NCBI GenBank assembly: GCA_963524145.1
Contig: CAURDO010000005.1
Span: forward strand, 20,289-84,288
From: an uncultured Candidatus Saccharibacteria bacterium
GTDB taxonomy: Bacteria; Patescibacteriota; Saccharimonadia; Saccharimonadales; Saccharimonadaceae
DNA length: 64,000 bases
Direction: 5' to 3'
Part shown: piece after piece, positions 7,546-15,924 of the stretch
How positions within the stretch are numbered: position 1 is the first letter of the stretch
How the letters are laid out: each line of letters starts with the position of its first letter
Made by a program: the position numbers and the translations under genes
Notes under the pieces: model-generated
Seen by the model: only the letters and a program-made list of their open reading frames with translations
Told to the model about the DNA's origin: nothing
Database searches by the model: none

Positions 7546-8532
7546 ATGAATAGTTTATTGTGGCGTAAAATAGTTGGATCGGCTGTCGTTGTGGGTCTAA
7601 TTTTACCTATGTCAGTATCTGCTGCGGGAATTGGTAGTCGACCAGCTAATCCTGATCCAAATAACCCGAGGACCCAATCAATTTTTATTTACAATCTATC
7701 TGGCGGCGCCTCAAAATCCGACCAACTACACCTTCAGAATGGGCTAGATGAAAAAGCAACGGTTGAGGTTTATGCAGTTGATGGCACAGTAACAGCGACT
7801 GGTGATATGACCTGCAAGCAAAAAGTGGAGGATAAGGTTGACGCTGGTAAATGGGTTAATATTCCTAAGCAGGAGATAACGCTTGAGGCAAAGGAAAATA
7901 AACTAGTCGATTTTACCGTTAATGTTCCTAGTAAAGTGGATGTTGGTGAGCATAACGCCTGTATCGTAGTGCAGCGTAAAAATACTCAACCTGTAGCAAC
8001 GGGTGGTGTTCAGATACAAACCCGTCAGGCGATTCGTATGGCGATAGTTGTTCCTGGAAATATTCATCGTGATGTGACAATTGATAAATTTGATATTAAG
8101 CATGAAAATGGTGGTCAGTTATACGAAATTGCGCTAAAGAATTCTGGTAACGTATCTGCTGATGTTGACATTAAGTTGGTGGTCAAGGATGCAGCAGGAA
8201 ATGTTGTTTACAGGAACGGCGGCGTAAATGCAACGATTGCTAATGAAACACGTCAATTCCGTTATGAAAGTAAGCTGGCGCCGTTCTGGGGAGGTAAATA
8301 TACAGCAGAACTCTCGATTTCTTATAAGAAAAAAGCTGGTGAATGGGGGGTTGGTCAGAATCAAGGTGAGTTAATAACGAAGACTATTGAACCCAAAGAA
8401 TTGTTTTTCTGGCCGTCGACCATGGCTCTGGCGATAATTGGCGGTGTCTTGTTATTGGCTATTCTGCTATTGATTGGTATTATCTTCGCAATTAGGCGCC
8501 GCAAAAAAGCAGTTAATTTTGGTAATCGTTAG
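7546..8532 (+). CDS. Membrane-anchored surface protein resembling DUF916/DUF3324 (WxL-interacting protein, CscA-like)
   Basis: ATG 7546 is preceded by aaggaggg. Signal peptide, two beta-rich domains (..SIFIYNL..ATVEVYAVDG..; ..LYEIALKNSGNVSADVDIKLVV..), a C-terminal TM helix and RRRKK. Family call is by pattern memory only. Confidence 0.55.
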   Translation: MNSLLWRKIVGSAVVVGLILPMSVSAAGIGSRPANPDPNNPRTQSIFIYNLSGGASKSDQLHLQNGLDEKATVEVYAVDGTVTATGDMTCKQKVEDKVDAGKWVNIPKQEITLEAKENKLVDFTVNVPSKVDVGEHNACIVVQRKNTQPVATGGVQIQTRQAIRMAIVVPGNIHRDVTIDKFDIKHENGGQLYEIALKNSGNVSADVDIKLVVKDAAGNVVYRNGGVNATIANETRQFRYESKLAPFWGGKYTAELSISYKKKAGEWGVGQNQGELITKTIEPKELFFWPSTMALAIIGGVLLLAILLLIGIIFAIRRRKKAVNFGNR

Positions 8533-8553
8533 CGATATATTATACTTAACTGT

Positions 8554-9243
8554 ATGAAGAAAAACTTTCTCATCAGAGCGTTTTTTGGCATTGTCGTTGC
8601 GGCGCTCGGCGGGGTTCTGCTGCTAAGGAATCTCGAGATTATTAATTTTGATAGCTGGAACGTGTTCTGGGGAACGGTTTGGGCGGCTGGTCTGGTTTTG
8701 GCGGGACTAACGACGATAATCAGCTCTCGGAAGCTGCTGACGCGGGCGTGGGGGTTGCTATTGATGGCTGCTGGTGTGTCAATTGGTCTGAACGCGTATG
8801 GCATAATTGATGTTAGTATTTGGAAGCTATTTTGGCCGGTGGTGCTGATAGCTGTTGGTCTGATGATGGTGTTTAGTATTGGGTCTGGAAGACGCAAGAG
8901 GTATGAAAAATCAACCAGTGACAGTGGTGATAATGAAAAAATTGCGATTTTTTATGGCGAAGAGTCGCGCGTGAAGGGTGATTATACTGGCGGTTCAGCA
9001 ACGGCGGTATTCGGCGGCGTAGATTTGGATTTGCGCCAGGCGAAAATTAAGGACGGTGCGGTCATTGATATCTTTACGTTTTGCGGTGGCGTTAGCATAA
9101 GCTTGCCAGACGATGTGATTGTCAAAAACGAAGTTCGCGGTATTTTGGGCGGCAGCGAGGATAAAACCGTATCCAAATCTTCCGCTAAAAAGACAATCTA
9201 TTTGCGCGGCGAGTGCGTTTTGGGCGGTTTGGAGATAAAATAG
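8554..9243 (+). CDS. Membrane protein with a LiaF-like / cell-wall-active-antibiotic-response C-terminal domain
   Basis: Four N-terminal hydrophobic helices. The C-terminal beta-domain GGSATAVFGGVDLDLRQA...FCGGVSISLPDDV is typical of LiaF/DUF2154-type proteins. TATACT (8541-8546) lies 7 nt upstream of the ATG. Confidence 0.5.
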   Translation: MKKNFLIRAFFGIVVAALGGVLLLRNLEIINFDSWNVFWGTVWAAGLVLAGLTTIISSRKLLTRAWGLLLMAAGVSIGLNAYGIIDVSIWKLFWPVVLIAVGLMMVFSIGSGRRKRYEKSTSDSGDNEKIAIFYGEESRVKGDYTGGSATAVFGGVDLDLRQAKIKDGAVIDIFTFCGGVSISLPDDVIVKNEVRGILGGSEDKTVSKSSAKKTIYLRGECVLGGLEIK

Positions 9244-9267
9244 TTTAGTTTGATTTGGCTCTAGATA

Positions 9268-9313
9268 ACGCTATATCTAGTGTGCTTACGCTAGATATAG
9301 CGTATTTTAATTT
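9268..9313 (+). terminator. Rho-independent terminator after the LiaF-like gene
   Basis: Perfect 13-bp inverted repeat acgctatatctag (9268-9280) / ctagatatagcgt (9291-9303) with a 10-nt loop, followed by attttaatttt. Confidence 0.75.
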
Positions 9314-9340
9314 TATGTAGTAGAATGTGAGTAGGGCGTT

Positions 9341-9575
9341 TTTGCGTGTGCTTGATGAGGTATTCTCTAGCAGGGCTAGCGTGAAGTGAGCGGCTATCAA
9401 CCGTGAAGTCTGCGGGAAGAAATCGGTTTTATCAGCTGAGATTAGACCCTGCCGTGAGCTTGCGTAAATAGCATAAGAAAGAGCTAAAAGAATCACTTCT
9501 TTTGGAATCGAGATGGTACCGTCCGCGTTAAAACCCAGCGGATTCTCGAAGTCAAGAGAGGTGATTTTTATTTTA
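9341..9575 (+). promoter_or_regulatory. T-box leader RNA (tRNA-sensing riboswitch) upstream of ileS
   Basis: - Canonical antiterminator: helix A1 TCGAGA (9508-9513) / TCTCGA (9544-9549).
- 7-nt bulge UGGUACC (9514-9520).
- Helix A2 GTCCGC (9521-9526) / GCGGAT (9538-9543).
- GA-motif-like UGAUGA (9353-9358) with a possible base helix 9341-9351 / 9458-9468.
- Ile codons AUC-A (9396-9399, 9431-9434) and AUU-A (9441-9444) are candidate specifiers.

The Stem I fold is not resolved by eye. Confidence 0.65.
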
Positions 9576-9593
9576 TCAAAAAGGAGTATCTTT

Positions 9594-10046
9594 ATGCATG
9601 AATTGATAGATAAATTACCTATAATCGTAGGTGCTTTGGTGTCAATCCTTTCAGCGCTAAAATCTGTTGGTCTCTTTGAGATGAGAACTAAGAGAATAGA
9701 AAGAATAGAGAAATTGTGTTCAATTTCTGTGGCTCTAAAAAAAGATAATCAAGAATCTAGGAAAAATATTGAAAATATACTTACAGAAGAGACTAGAATA
9801 TTAAGGGAGCAGGCCAACAGAAAACTAGATCCTGGCGGTTTGTTTGCAATGATGTTTATGTCGATAGTTTTAGGTTTTGTAACATACCTTACCATTCTAT
9901 GGTTTGTTTCTATTAACCTTAATAATATTATCGATTGGACACTGAAGATACTTAGTGGAACTATACTATTCTTTATGATTATAGTGGATGTCGCAGCTAT
10001 TTTTACTGGACAAAAGTCAATGTTTAAAAATAAGGAGAATATATAA
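9594..10046 (+). CDS. Hypothetical small membrane protein (about 3 TM), AT-rich, lying between the T-box leader and ileS
   Basis: 150 codons stay open in a visibly AT-rich stretch. SD aaggag (9581-9586). The stop overlaps the ileS start (TAATG at 10044-10048). Hydrophobic segments LPIIVGALVSILSAL, FAMMFMSIVLGFVTYLTILWFV and ILSGTILFFMIIVDVAAIF. Confidence 0.6.
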   Translation: MHELIDKLPIIVGALVSILSALKSVGLFEMRTKRIERIEKLCSISVALKKDNQESRKNIENILTEETRILREQANRKLDPGGLFAMMFMSIVLGFVTYLTILWFVSINLNNIIDWTLKILSGTILFFMIIVDVAAIFTGQKSMFKNKENI

Positions 10047-12985
10047 TGAAATTTAAACACGGAACACGCCGTCGGGCGGCAGAATATGAAAAAGACTGGG
10101 TGCAGCGCTGGAAGGACGACGATACATTCAACAAATCGGTTGAAAATCGGCCAGCTAATAATTCCTGGGTGTTTTATGACGGGCCGCCATTTTTGACTGG
10201 TACGCCGCATCATGGGCATTTGTTGGTGAGTACTGTTAAGGACACGATGGGGCGCTTCCATACCATGAAAGGCCAGCGAGTTGAGCGCCGCTGGGGCTGG
10301 GATTGCCATGGTCTGCCAGCTGAGGTGTATGTTGAGAAAACGCTGGGAATTGCTAACAAAAAAGAGATTGGCACGAAGATTAGCGTGTCGGATTATGTGA
10401 AGGAATGTCGTGCGGCTATGGTGCGAACTGGCACTGAGTGGGAAGACACAATTGAGCGAATCGGTCGCTGGGTTGAGTTTAAGGGCGCTTATAAAACCAT
10501 GGATAATAATTACATGGAATCAGTTTGGTGGGCGTTCAAGAAACTCTATGAAGAGGGCAAGATTTACGAAGGCGAGAAGATTCTGATTTATTGTACGAAG
10601 GATGCCACGCCAATTTCTAAAAGCGAGGTGGCGATGGAAAACAGCTACCAGATGGACACCGACCCAAGCTTGTTTGTCTATTTTAAGCTGGAAGACGAAG
10701 ATGAATATTTGCTTGCCTGGACGACGACGCCGTGGACCTTGCCGGCGAATATGGTGGTGGCAATCAACCGAGATGTTGACTATTCATTGGTGGCGTACGG
10801 CGATAAGAAATTCTATATTGCAAGTGATGCTGTCGAGAGAGTTATGACTGATGAAAAACATCAGCCGCTTGAATATTCGATTGTCAAAACGATAAAAGGC
10901 TCGGAATTGGTGGACAAGCGATTTGAGCCACTGTTTGAAAATCGCGGGCCGAACGCTCATAAAGTGTTGCATGCTGATTTCGTGACGACCGATGACGGTA
11001 CAGGACTGGTGCACATTGCGCCGGCTTATGGCGAAGACGATTATGAACTATGCCGCAAGCATGACGTGCCAGTGTTGTCGTTGGTGGATGGTGATGGCAA
11101 CTATACTGAGGGTAGATGGCTCGGTCGTAATATCTGGGAGGTCAATAAAGAGATTGCCAAGACATTGTTGGAGGAAGGTCGAGCGCTAAAGATTGACTAT
11201 ATTCGCCATGAGTATCCGCATTGTCACCGCTGTGGCACAAAACTGATGTATAGAGCGCATCCGAGCTGGTTTATGGATATTCAAAGTCAGAAAAAAGAAA
11301 TGCTGGAGGCGAACGAGCAGACTCATTGGACACCAGATAATCTGCGGACGGGGCGGTTTCATAATATTATTGAGCAGGCGCCAGATTGGAATTTGAGCCG
11401 TGATCGCTATTGGGCAACGCCGATTCCAGTGTGGAAAGGCGTCAAGAATGACGGCACGGAAGTTGTCAAGGTGATTGGTAGTTTTGCGGAGTTTGAAGAG
11501 CTGACGGGGCGTAGGCTGGATGATTATCATTTGCCGCAAGTGATGGACGTGACATTTGAGTGCGATGGTGCGGAAATGCGGCATATCGGTAAGGTGCTCG
11601 ACTGCTGGTTTGAGTCTGGCTCAATGCCGTTTGCTCAGTTCCATTATCCGTTTGAGAATAAAGAAAAATTTGAAGCGAGTTTTCCGGCTGATTTCATCAT
11701 TGAAGCGATTGACCAGACCCGTGGTTGGTTTTATAGTTTGACGGCGGTCAATGTGGCGCTATTTGGTAAGTCACCGTGGAAGAATTTGATTTGTACTGGG
11801 TTCATCAACGCGGCGGACGGCAAAAAGATGAGTAAAAAGCTAAAAAACTACACCGATCCGATGGAGCTGATGGATAAAACGTCGGCGGATAGCTTCCGTT
11901 TTCTCATGCTATCTAGTCCGCTGACAAATGGCGAGAATTTTGCACTAGCGGATAAGGATGTCATGGATGTGGCGCGCAAGCTCAGCATGATTTGGAACAT
12001 GTATGATTTCTTCACCATGTACGCAGAGGTTGACGGTTGGGAATTTGACGGCGAGCTGAAAGATCCGCTCGGTGAGTTGACCAATCCGTTGGATATTTGG
12101 ATTGTTAGCCGCTTACATCAATTGGTTATGGATGTTGAAAAGGGTCTTGATGATTACAATTTGCAAAACGCCACCAAGCCGATTTTGCCATTCCTCGACG
12201 ACGCTTCCAACTGGTATGTCCGCCGCAGCCGCCGCCGCTTCTGGAAGTCGGAAGACGATGGTGGCAAGAACGATGCTTACCGCACGCTGCACTATGTGCT
12301 GGTGCGTCTGAGCTACCTGTCGGCACCGTTTACGCCGTTTTTGGCCGAGGAATTGTATCATAATCTGACGAGTGATGATGAATCGATTCACTTGAAGGAT
12401 TGGCTGGCAGCCGGTGAGGTGAATGATCAGGTATTGACCGATATGTCCCGGACGCGTGAATTGATCAACAACGGCCTTAGTTTGCGTATGAAGCAGGATG
12501 AGCATCAGGTGTCGATCAAGGTTCGCCAACCGCTGCAATGTGCGGCGTATGCGGGTGCAAAGCTGGCTGAGTACTATGAGCAAATCATGGCTGAGGAGCT
12601 CAATGTCAAGGAAATTCGCTGGATTGAGAATCTAGACGAGCACTTGGCTGATTATGAGGTGACCGAGGGCGTGATCAAGCCAGAGAATTGGATCGAAATT
12701 AGCAAGCAATTGACGCCCGAGCTCAAACGCGAAGGCCTGATGCGTGAAGTCATCCGTCACGTGCAGAGCGCGCGTAAAAAGGCGGGATTACAGGTGGACG
12801 ACCGGATTGAGCTTGGTATCACTAGTAGCGACTCAGAAATCACCCAGGCTGTTGATGCATTTGCTGATACTATCAAGGCCGAGACGCTGGCTGTAAAGCT
12901 AGGTTCTGTGGCGGATGATATGGAAAAATATGATGTTAAAGTTGACGGTAAAGCGGTAGAAATCTATTTGAGAAAGGCTGATTAG
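10046..12985 (+). CDS. ileS: Isoleucyl-tRNA synthetase (type 2, eukaryote-like)
   Basis: FYDGPPFLTGTPHHGH (HIGH), GWDCHGLPAE, KMSKKLKNYTDP (KMSKS). SD aaggag at 10032-10037. Confidence 0.95.
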   Translation: MKFKHGTRRRAAEYEKDWVQRWKDDDTFNKSVENRPANNSWVFYDGPPFLTGTPHHGHLLVSTVKDTMGRFHTMKGQRVERRWGWDCHGLPAEVYVEKTLGIANKKEIGTKISVSDYVKECRAAMVRTGTEWEDTIERIGRWVEFKGAYKTMDNNYMESVWWAFKKLYEEGKIYEGEKILIYCTKDATPISKSEVAMENSYQMDTDPSLFVYFKLEDEDEYLLAWTTTPWTLPANMVVAINRDVDYSLVAYGDKKFYIASDAVERVMTDEKHQPLEYSIVKTIKGSELVDKRFEPLFENRGPNAHKVLHADFVTTDDGTGLVHIAPAYGEDDYELCRKHDVPVLSLVDGDGNYTEGRWLGRNIWEVNKEIAKTLLEEGRALKIDYIRHEYPHCHRCGTKLMYRAHPSWFMDIQSQKKEMLEANEQTHWTPDNLRTGRFHNIIEQAPDWNLSRDRYWATPIPVWKGVKNDGTEVVKVIGSFAEFEELTGRRLDDYHLPQVMDVTFECDGAEMRHIGKVLDCWFESGSMPFAQFHYPFENKEKFEASFPADFIIEAIDQTRGWFYSLTAVNVALFGKSPWKNLICTGFINAADGKKMSKKLKNYTDPMELMDKTSADSFRFLMLSSPLTNGENFALADKDVMDVARKLSMIWNMYDFFTMYAEVDGWEFDGELKDPLGELTNPLDIWIVSRLHQLVMDVEKGLDDYNLQNATKPILPFLDDASNWYVRRSRRRFWKSEDDGGKNDAYRTLHYVLVRLSYLSAPFTPFLAEELYHNLTSDDESIHLKDWLAAGEVNDQVLTDMSRTRELINNGLSLRMKQDEHQVSIKVRQPLQCAAYAGAKLAEYYEQIMAEELNVKEIRWIENLDEHLADYEVTEGVIKPENWIEISKQLTPELKREGLMREVIRHVQSARKKAGLQVDDRIELGITSSDSEITQAVDAFADTIKAETLAVKLGSVADDMEKYDVKVDGKAVEIYLRKAD

Positions 12986-13036
12986 TAATAAAGAAGCTAC
13001 AATAAAATGGTCTCCCAGGCGCGAGAGGGCTGTTTA

Positions 13037-13065
13037 TTGACTTTACATGATTTTTATGTTAATAT
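13037..13065 (+). promoter_or_regulatory. Sigma70-type promoter (TTGACT-17-TAATAT)
   Basis: TTGACT at 13037-13042, 17-nt spacer, TAATAT at 13060-13065 preceded by TGt. Confidence 0.5.
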
Positions 13066-13094
13066 AGTCGTTAGTTGTTAATAAATATAAAAAT

Positions 13095-13283
13095 ATGCAA
13101 AATATATTCAAAAAATTATTCGGTCATAAGGTAGGATTTTTACCAGTTGATCCGCTGGCGGATGGACTTGCTGAAGAGATTGCTAAGGAACGCCGAGAGC
13201 CGCAAGCGATTCGCCTAGATGCTGATGAGGTAGAGGATATTCATCGTCTTTGGAGTAGCGTCAACGATAGTATTGATGAGTAG
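13095..13283 (+). CDS. Hypothetical small acidic protein (62 aa)
   Basis: ORF only. No obvious SD and no recognisable family. Confidence 0.35.
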   Translation: MQNIFKKLFGHKVGFLPVDPLADGLAEEIAKERREPQAIRLDADEVEDIHRLWSSVNDSIDE

Positions 13284-13297
13284 TGTATAATTAGCTC

Positions 13298-14623
13298 ATG
13301 GTATGTGAGTTTCTAACGGTTTTTGCGCGCGCTGGTGGTGGTGGATCAAGTTCTGGCGGCGGAGGCGGTGCTGTTGTCCTTATTGCGTTACCAGGTATTG
13401 TTGCTGCGTCAGTCTCTGAACCGGTTAAAAAACGAACCCAATCAAAAGCAGCGGGCACGGCTGTCGGTCTTGCTGCCGGTTTGCTGGTAAGCTTGCTATA
13501 TTTATTAGGCGGTGCGATATGGTTTATTATTGCGCTTATTTCAGCAGTTATCGGCGCGGTAGCTGGGGCGCTTACTGATAAATTAAGGCGTTTTCGTCAG
13601 AACAGTCAAGCCGCCCAGCAAGCTGTTCAGAAGGCATCAATGCAGGATAGCACCTGGAATGAGCAGGGGATTATTTCCTATGCCACGACAGTTTTTAATC
13701 GATTCCAGTATGATTGGGAGCGATTGGATCTGACGTCGATTCAGCAATATACCACGCCAGACTATGCGCGGCACGTCGGACTAGTGTTGTATGCTTTACA
13801 ACAGATGGGACGAGTCAACCAAATGAGTAACGTGTCGATAAGCGAAGCGGTGATTACTCAAGCCTACGATGATCAGAACGATCAAAATGATCGGGTGAGT
13901 GTCGGATTTGTGGCGTCAGCGGATGATAAATTGATTGAAAATGGTTCGCTGATTTATCGCGACACCGAGGAATTCGGCGAGCAGTGGAACTTCGTACGTT
14001 CGGGTAATGGCTGGCTACTGGACGGTATTGATCAGGCGACGGAAGATTCGGCGCAGTTCATCGCTTCAATGCGGCAATTTGCCACGCAATATAATATGTA
14101 TTTCAGTCCTGATTGGGGACATTTATTGCTGCCGACTCGCGGTGAGTTGTTTAAGCGCGGCTTTCGGGGCGCCGATATCAACAATCACATCATCGGTTTT
14201 TGGACGGGCAATCTGTTGGTGCAACTGTATACGTATAATAAGCCGATCGGCGAAGATAATATGGAATATTATATTGTTGGGCAGGTTAACTTGCCAAAAT
14301 CGTATGGGGGGATTTTGGTTGAGCGCTCGGATTCACGTTTGTTAAAACGATTCAAAGCGCCGTCGGGTTATAAAAAAGTCCAAATGGAGTGGGGCGATTT
14401 TAATAAACGCTACCAGGTGTATGCTACCAATGAAAACCAAGTAACCAGCTTTGAACTGCTTAATCCCAGCTTCATGGCGTGGCTGTACGACCAGAATATT
14501 AAGGTTAATATTGAGGTGGTAGATAATGTTGTTTATCTCTATTCCAGGATTGCCGAGGGCGAGATGCGCTATGCGGAAATGATGGATATTTTACAGAAAT
14601 CGCATAAAGAACTGAAGATGTAA
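13298..14623 (+). CDS. Hypothetical membrane protein (Gly-rich N-terminus, 2 TM, large C-terminal soluble region; tentatively Tim44-like plus DUF3137-like)
   Basis: GGGGSSSGGGGG, then hydrophobic helices. The middle region TWNEQGIISYATTVFNRFQYDW.. resembles Tim44-like domains. TATAAT (13286-13291) lies 6 nt before the ATG. Confidence 0.5.
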   Translation: MVCEFLTVFARAGGGGSSSGGGGGAVVLIALPGIVAASVSEPVKKRTQSKAAGTAVGLAAGLLVSLLYLLGGAIWFIIALISAVIGAVAGALTDKLRRFRQNSQAAQQAVQKASMQDSTWNEQGIISYATTVFNRFQYDWERLDLTSIQQYTTPDYARHVGLVLYALQQMGRVNQMSNVSISEAVITQAYDDQNDQNDRVSVGFVASADDKLIENGSLIYRDTEEFGEQWNFVRSGNGWLLDGIDQATEDSAQFIASMRQFATQYNMYFSPDWGHLLLPTRGELFKRGFRGADINNHIIGFWTGNLLVQLYTYNKPIGEDNMEYYIVGQVNLPKSYGGILVERSDSRLLKRFKAPSGYKKVQMEWGDFNKRYQVYATNENQVTSFELLNPSFMAWLYDQNIKVNIEVVDNVVYLYSRIAEGEMRYAEMMDILQKSHKELKM

Positions 14624-14632
14624 GGAGGAAAT

Positions 14633-15460
14633 ATGATCACCAAAGCTATCATTCCAGTCGCTGGTTGGGGCACGCGGATGCTGCCGATTACCAAATCAAT
14701 CGAAAAGTGTATGCTGCCAGTGGGGACGCGGCCGGTGGTCGACTACATCGTGCAGGATATTGTTCGGGCGGGTGTGAAGGATATTTATTTCGTGGTGGGC
14801 GAGCAGAGTACCCAGGTGCAGAGTTATTATCGGTCAAATATCCAGCTGAACGACTATTTGCGGCGTGCTGGTAAAGAAGATAAATTGCCACTGGTGGCGC
14901 CGCTGCGTGATGTGCGAATACATTTTTTAACCCAGCCGAGCACTGGCGGTTACGGCACGAGCATTCCCGTGGGTTTGGCGAGTGAATTTATCGAACTGGG
15001 TGAGTCGGCGTTTGTGGTTATGGGTGATCAATTTTTCTGGCGTAGTGACGGCGGTTCAAATGCGGCTGATCTGGCGGAACTGGTGGAGGCGCGCGGGCTA
15101 TCTGTTGGGCTACTAGGTAATCCTGTTGATGAAGAATTTATCCCGCAGACGGGTATCATCGAAACTGATCAGCAAGGTAATTTTGTAAGAATCATTGAGA
15201 AGCCGAAGCTGGAAGACGCGCCAAGTAACCTCAGTAATTCAAGCTTCTACGTCCTTAATAAAGAAATTTGTGAGTTAGCACGGACATTGCCCGCCAATCC
15301 GCAGCGCGGCGAGTTTGAACTGACTGATGCCATCAACGCGTACATCGCGGGCGGCGGCGTCATCGCGGTAGGTGAGGCCAAGGGCGGCTACATGGAATGC
15401 GGTTCGCCGAGCGGTTGGCTGCAGGCAAATAACGCTATGGCTGAGTTACAGAAAAACTAG
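14633..15460 (+). CDS. galU: UTP--glucose-1-phosphate uridylyltransferase-like nucleotidyltransferase
   Basis: N-terminal KAIIPVAGWGTRMLPITKSIEKCMLPV signature. SD aaggagg upstream. Confidence 0.8.
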   Translation: MITKAIIPVAGWGTRMLPITKSIEKCMLPVGTRPVVDYIVQDIVRAGVKDIYFVVGEQSTQVQSYYRSNIQLNDYLRRAGKEDKLPLVAPLRDVRIHFLTQPSTGGYGTSIPVGLASEFIELGESAFVVMGDQFFWRSDGGSNAADLAELVEARGLSVGLLGNPVDEEFIPQTGIIETDQQGNFVRIIEKPKLEDAPSNLSNSSFYVLNKEICELARTLPANPQRGEFELTDAINAYIAGGGVIAVGEAKGGYMECGSPSGWLQANNAMAELQKN

Positions 15461-15489
15461 TTGCATGTATTGTCCGTCTCTGTTATAAT
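15461..15489 (+). promoter_or_regulatory. Sigma70-type promoter for rplU (TTGCAT-17-TATAAT)
   Basis: TTGCAT at 15461-15466, exact 17-nt spacer, TATAAT at 15484-15489 with an upstream TGt. Confidence 0.65.
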
Positions 15490-15524
15490 TGTTCACTGAT
15501 AGTAAATATATTTTAAGGAACGAA

Positions 15525-15830
15525 ATGAAAGCAGTCGTAAAAATCTCTGGCAAGCAATATATTGTCAGCGAAAAAGAGTCCCTCTTGGTGGATCTCCTCC
15601 CTGAAGGTACAAAAGAACTCACTCTCGACGCACTTTTAGTGATTGATGGTGATAAAACAAAAGTTGGCACGCCGACCGTAAAAGGCGCGGTAGTGAAGGC
15701 AAAGGTCGTTGAAGCAGAAGTCAAAGGCGATAAAATCCGCGTTATCCGCTACAAAGCTAAAAAACGCGTTCACAAAGAAACTGGTCATCGCCAGAAATAC
15801 ACTAAGATTCAGATTACGTCAATCAAATAA
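15525..15830 (+). CDS. rplU: 50S ribosomal protein L21
   Basis: MKAVVKISGKQYIVSEKESLLVD... plus a basic C-terminus. The ATG at 15525 is preceded by taaggaa. The listed start at 15489 is rejected. Confidence 0.95.
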   Translation: MKAVVKISGKQYIVSEKESLLVDLLPEGTKELTLDALLVIDGDKTKVGTPTVKGAVVKAKVVEAEVKGDKIRVIRYKAKKRVHKETGHRQKYTKIQITSIK

Positions 15831-15837
15831 TTGAAAG

Positions 15838-15868
15838 AGCCGCTTCCATCAAAGAAGCGGTTCTTTGA
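15838..15868 (+). terminator. Rho-independent terminator after rplU
   Basis: Stem ccgcttc (15840-15846) / gaagcgg (15854-15860), 7-nt loop, followed by ttctttg. Confidence 0.65.
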
Positions 15869-15924
15869 TGTCTGTTATTTCTGTTACGCTCATGCTATAA
15901 TTAATGTAGGTAAAAGGGGAACGA

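Noticed and set aside
8529-8897. 122-aa minus-strand ORF opposite the LiaF-like gene.
   Set aside because: It is antisense to a membrane protein gene with a good leaderless promoter, and has no supporting signals.
9749-10309. 186-aa minus-strand ORF spanning the junction of the small membrane ORF and ileS.
   Set aside because: It is antisense to the clearly real IleRS N-terminus (HIGH region), and has no start signals or recognisable protein features.
12113-12583. 156-aa minus-strand ORF, and other short ORFs, inside ileS.
   Set aside because: These are shadow ORFs inside a strongly supported aaRS gene.
15525-15830. rplU is not followed by rpmA (L27 is at 57702-57974 on the other strand).
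   Set aside because: This is an unusual gene order, but rearrangement in a reduced genome explains it. No functional signal is attached to it.
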